Below are positions 60,437-64,000 of a DNA stretch of 64,000 nucleotides, one piece after another (the stretch's first letter is position 1; each line of letters starts with the position of its first letter). A program made the position numbers and the translations under genes. Source of the stretch: Octopus sinensis (lineage: Eukaryota). Under the pieces are notes generated by a model that did no database searches, had not been told where the DNA came from, and saw only the letters and a program-made list of their open reading frames with translations. The stretch is taken from contig NC_043000.1 of NCBI RefSeq assembly GCF_006345805.1, positions 73,470,001 to 73,534,000 on the forward strand, given 5' to 3'.

Positions 60437-60487
60437 AGCTTCTACAGGACTAGAACTGTTTCATTCAAAAGAAATCATCAGGAAGCT
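60437..60487 (-). ncRNA. Compact type I hammerhead ribozyme
   Basis: Minus strand: AGCTTC-CTGATGA-TTTC-TTTT-GAAT-GAAA-CAG-TTCTAGTC-CTG-TA-GAAGCT. 6-bp stem I, closed stem III, GUA cleavage site. Confidence 0.8.
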
Positions 60488-61418
60488 AGTAGACAAGAGT
60501 TGTTTTGGCATTTATACATTTAGGCAGGTTTAAATGGGTGGTGGTGGGGGACTTTTTTGGGGGTAGGCATGGCACAAAACTGTCATTATTAGGGGAGTGG
60601 TCAAAGGAATCGGTGGTAAAGTAGATAAAAGAATAAATAAAAGAATAAAAAAATAAAAAAAAAAAAAATATAAATAGAAAAATAGAGTTTTAGGTAAGTG
60701 GGGAGACTCTCACTTGTACATCTACATATATATATATACACATATACACATACACACACCCGCATATTCACATATATCTATACATATACATACATACCCA
60801 CATATACATGCATATATATATACATACGTACACATACATATACATATATATATATACATATATATACATATATATACACATACCCATGTACGTACACACA
60901 GATACACATATACATACATATACATACATATATGTATACCCACTCGCACATATATATACAAATGCATATACATGCACACACATACACACACATTTTTATT
61001 CTCTTATTTTAATTTTATTATTACTACTTTTGTTTATATCTTTATTTTTATCTTGACCGGTCAGCCTGTCTCAAGGGATATCTAAAGATTCCGTTTATCT
61101 ATCTACTTACTGATACGAACGCAAGCACTCACTCACGCCCACACACTCACACGTACACACACGCGCACGAGTTATATTCATACACGCCTACATCTACATA
61201 CATTCACGTATATTCATATACACGCATACACATACATACCTCAACACACCCACAGAAGACTAGTCCATACATATACACTAATTAATATATATACACATAT
61301 ACATATACACATACATACACATACATACATATACATACACATATATATATATATATACAATATATTCATAACATATACATACACATATACATTCATACAT
61401 ATATACACATACACACAT

Positions 61419-61490
<72 letters not shown>

Positions 61491-61494
<4 letters not shown>

Positions 61495-64000
61495 CCTTAA
61501 ATCCTAAAAATGTTTTAGCCCGAAGGCCGCGGCCATGCTGGGGCACCACCGCTGAATGAGCTACACTAGTTTGTGAATCCACCTCTGATACGTGGCACTG
61601 ATCAACAAGGGAGTTCGATGCTGCTGCCCGCATCCGTGTCTCCTGTCGTGAGGTAGGTTCATCTGGGACTCCCAACAAGAAGAGATCCAGTTTAGTTTTA
61701 AAGAAACCCACATCCACACCATGCAAGTCTCTCAGGCATTTAGGGAGGATGTTAAAGAGCTGTGGTCCTCTGAAACCCAAGCTGTTGCAGTATCTGGACC
61801 TGTATTTGATGGTGATGTTGGAATCCTTGGCACCACGCAGCGGCGCCCCGTTCTGCGGGTGGAGTAACTTTGAATGCCAAAGTTTGGGACAAGACCCTCC
61901 AGGATTTTCCAGATGTATATCACTGCATATCTCTCCCGCCTCCGCTCCAGGGAGAAGAGGTTTAATACCTTCAGTCTTTCCCAGTAGCTGACATTTGCAT
62001 TGAGACGATTTTCTTTGTGTAGCTTCTCTGAGTTGCTTCGAGTTCTGCTGTTTGTTTTATATTGTGTGGTGACCAAAGTTGGGAGCAGTAGTCCAAGCGG
62101 CTGAGGACAAATGTTTTCCATAGGACCATCAGTGTCTCCTTCTCTCTTGTTCTGAAAGTTCGGAGAATCCATCCAGCTAGCCGTCTGCATTTTATTACCA
62201 GATTAGCAATATGCATTTGGAAAGATGCATCATTGCTCATGTCAATGCCCAGGTCACGCACTGATTTTGACTCAGGGATTGCAATTCTTCCTGGGCCAGT
62301 GTATCCAGTCTTCACGTCATTTACCTTTGTGTGCCAGTAGCGCAGGGCCTGGAACTTACCTGCATTAAACTGCATGTTTTTGTCCTCAGCCCACCTGTAT
62401 ATTGTGTCCAGCTCATGTTGCAGATGCACAATATTTTCAGGGTTTTGTATTGCGTGGGAGACTTTTGTGTCATCTGCATAGCTAGCAAGGGTGGTCATCG
62501 TAGCAACTGAAGGCATGTCTGAAAGGGCCACTATGAACATCAGTGGCCCCAAGACAGTGCCCTGTGGGACACCGCTTGTTATTTGCGTTTCCCTGGAGAT
62601 GGCTCCATTGCTCACAACTGCCTGTTTCTGTCTTTTAGGAAGTTGTGCAGCCACTCTCCAAGTTTCCCGCCTATGCCGAGACCACGCAGTTTGTGACAGA
62701 TCATACCATGGTCGACTTTATCAAAGCTTTTGCAAAGTCAAGATATATTACATCCACATTTGAGCCATTTAGTAGCTGTTTCAACACCCAGTCATAGTGT
62801 TGCAGGAGCTGTGTTAGGCAGCCTCTACCTGGCCGAAATCCATGCTGGGTGTCAGACAGTAAGTCCATTTTCTTCAAGGAACATGATTAGGTTCTTACGG
62901 ACTATTCGTTCCATGACTTTGCTGATGTGTGAGGTCAGAGAGATAGGCCTATAATTTTAGCATCTGCTCTGCTACCTCCCTTATGGATAGGGCATATTAC
63001 CCCCTCTTTCAGTTTGACTGGGAGCTTACCACTTGCAAGAAAGCTCTGAAAAAGAAGCTGTAGTAGCGATTTTGCAAGGGCTCGTTTGCATGATTTGAGA
63101 AGGATCGCTGGGAATCCATCAGGTCCAGCAGCTGAGTTTGTGTCAATCTCATCAATGGCTAGTGTGATATCATCTTCTTCGATGTTGATGTACTCAATTT
63201 GTGTCTCTTTGGCCGCTGGTAAAGTGGCAAAGAATTCTTCTGGGTTGTTGTTTACTTGCCTGTGTCCTAGAGGTGTAGTGAACACACTTGGAACTGTTCG
63301 TCAGTATTTCACTTATCCTCGTGGGATTTCCTGTGAGAGAGCCATCTTTTTGGAAGAGAGGTCCTATTCTCTGGTGCACTGTGGCTGTCTCTTTGGCAAA
63401 CTTAAAGAAAGCTTTAGGGTTTGATTTTATATTTTCTATTACCCAAGCTTCTTTATCTGCTCTTCCTTTTCATGGGACTGATGTAGACTTTTCTCAGTTT
63501 CCATTAGCATTCTTTCGAGCCGACACTTCTCACCACTTTTGGTGTGCTTGCTCAGGCGGTTTGCAATCCTTGTCCGTCGTCTCATAAGAATCCTCCTTCT
63601 CTAGGGATCCTGTTTTTGTTTTTGTGTGTGCTGGCCCTGCACATTGGGACATATTTGTCACATATGGCTTGTATTATGGACATGAAGTGTTTGTGTTTCA
63701 TGTTTATGTCCGGTGTGGAGAGACATTCAGGCCAATCCTGTTGAGGATCTCTTTCTCAATCGACTTCCAGTTGGCTTTATGAAAGTTTAAGTTGGAGAGA
63801 TGGTGGGTGCTTCGTATAGGCTGTGTGTCTGCGGGGGCTTTTGTTCCATACATAGACAGCTCTATTATGTTGTGATCCGAGATCATTGTCGGCATCACAT
63901 TAACATTATGGATAATATCCATATTGTTTGTGAAGCAGAGATCCAGTATATTATCTGCCCTTGTTGGTTGCAGAATATTTGCTCCATGAAAGAGGTATTT
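61491..64000 (-). mobile_element. Second copy of the same CR1-group LINE (ORF2 and 3' end), running off the window
   Basis: Collinear and highly similar to 45867-48340 (GVPQGTVLGP, YADDTK, same 3' UTR and AAGGATTT tail). Flanked by a long (TA)n. Confidence 0.93.

Overview
Repeat-dense, AT-rich animal genomic DNA, most likely an octopus or other cephalopod. That assignment is inferred from the SINE and RTE-tail types and the (TA)n/(CA)n content. The only clear host gene is the 3' half of a DMTF1-like (cyclin-D-binding Myb-like) transcription factor on the + strand: six coding exons from 9653 to a stop at 28004, with a probable GC-AG last intron. The rest is a layered set of mostly decayed transposons: piggyBac remnants and MITEs, a Tx1/L1-type LINE, several RTE LINEs, a Helitron split by a Hero-type non-LTR element and a SINE, Gypsy remnants, Penelope-like elements (PLEs), two CR1-group LINE copies, a Merlin-like MITE and a Helentron-like element. 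Two unexplained signals stand out. (1) About a dozen hammerhead-ribozyme motifs lie between 32.6 and 60.5 kb. They include a ~530-bp palindrome of two divergent tRNA-headed units that each end in a minimal hammerhead, a candidate PLE-mobilised 'ribozyme SINE'. (2) A CR1-group LINE has an ORF1 that appears to combine a Myb/SANT-like domain with a CCCH finger, and its 5' leader looks like it contains a spliceosomal intron. All calls were made by eye; no database searches or folding programs were run.
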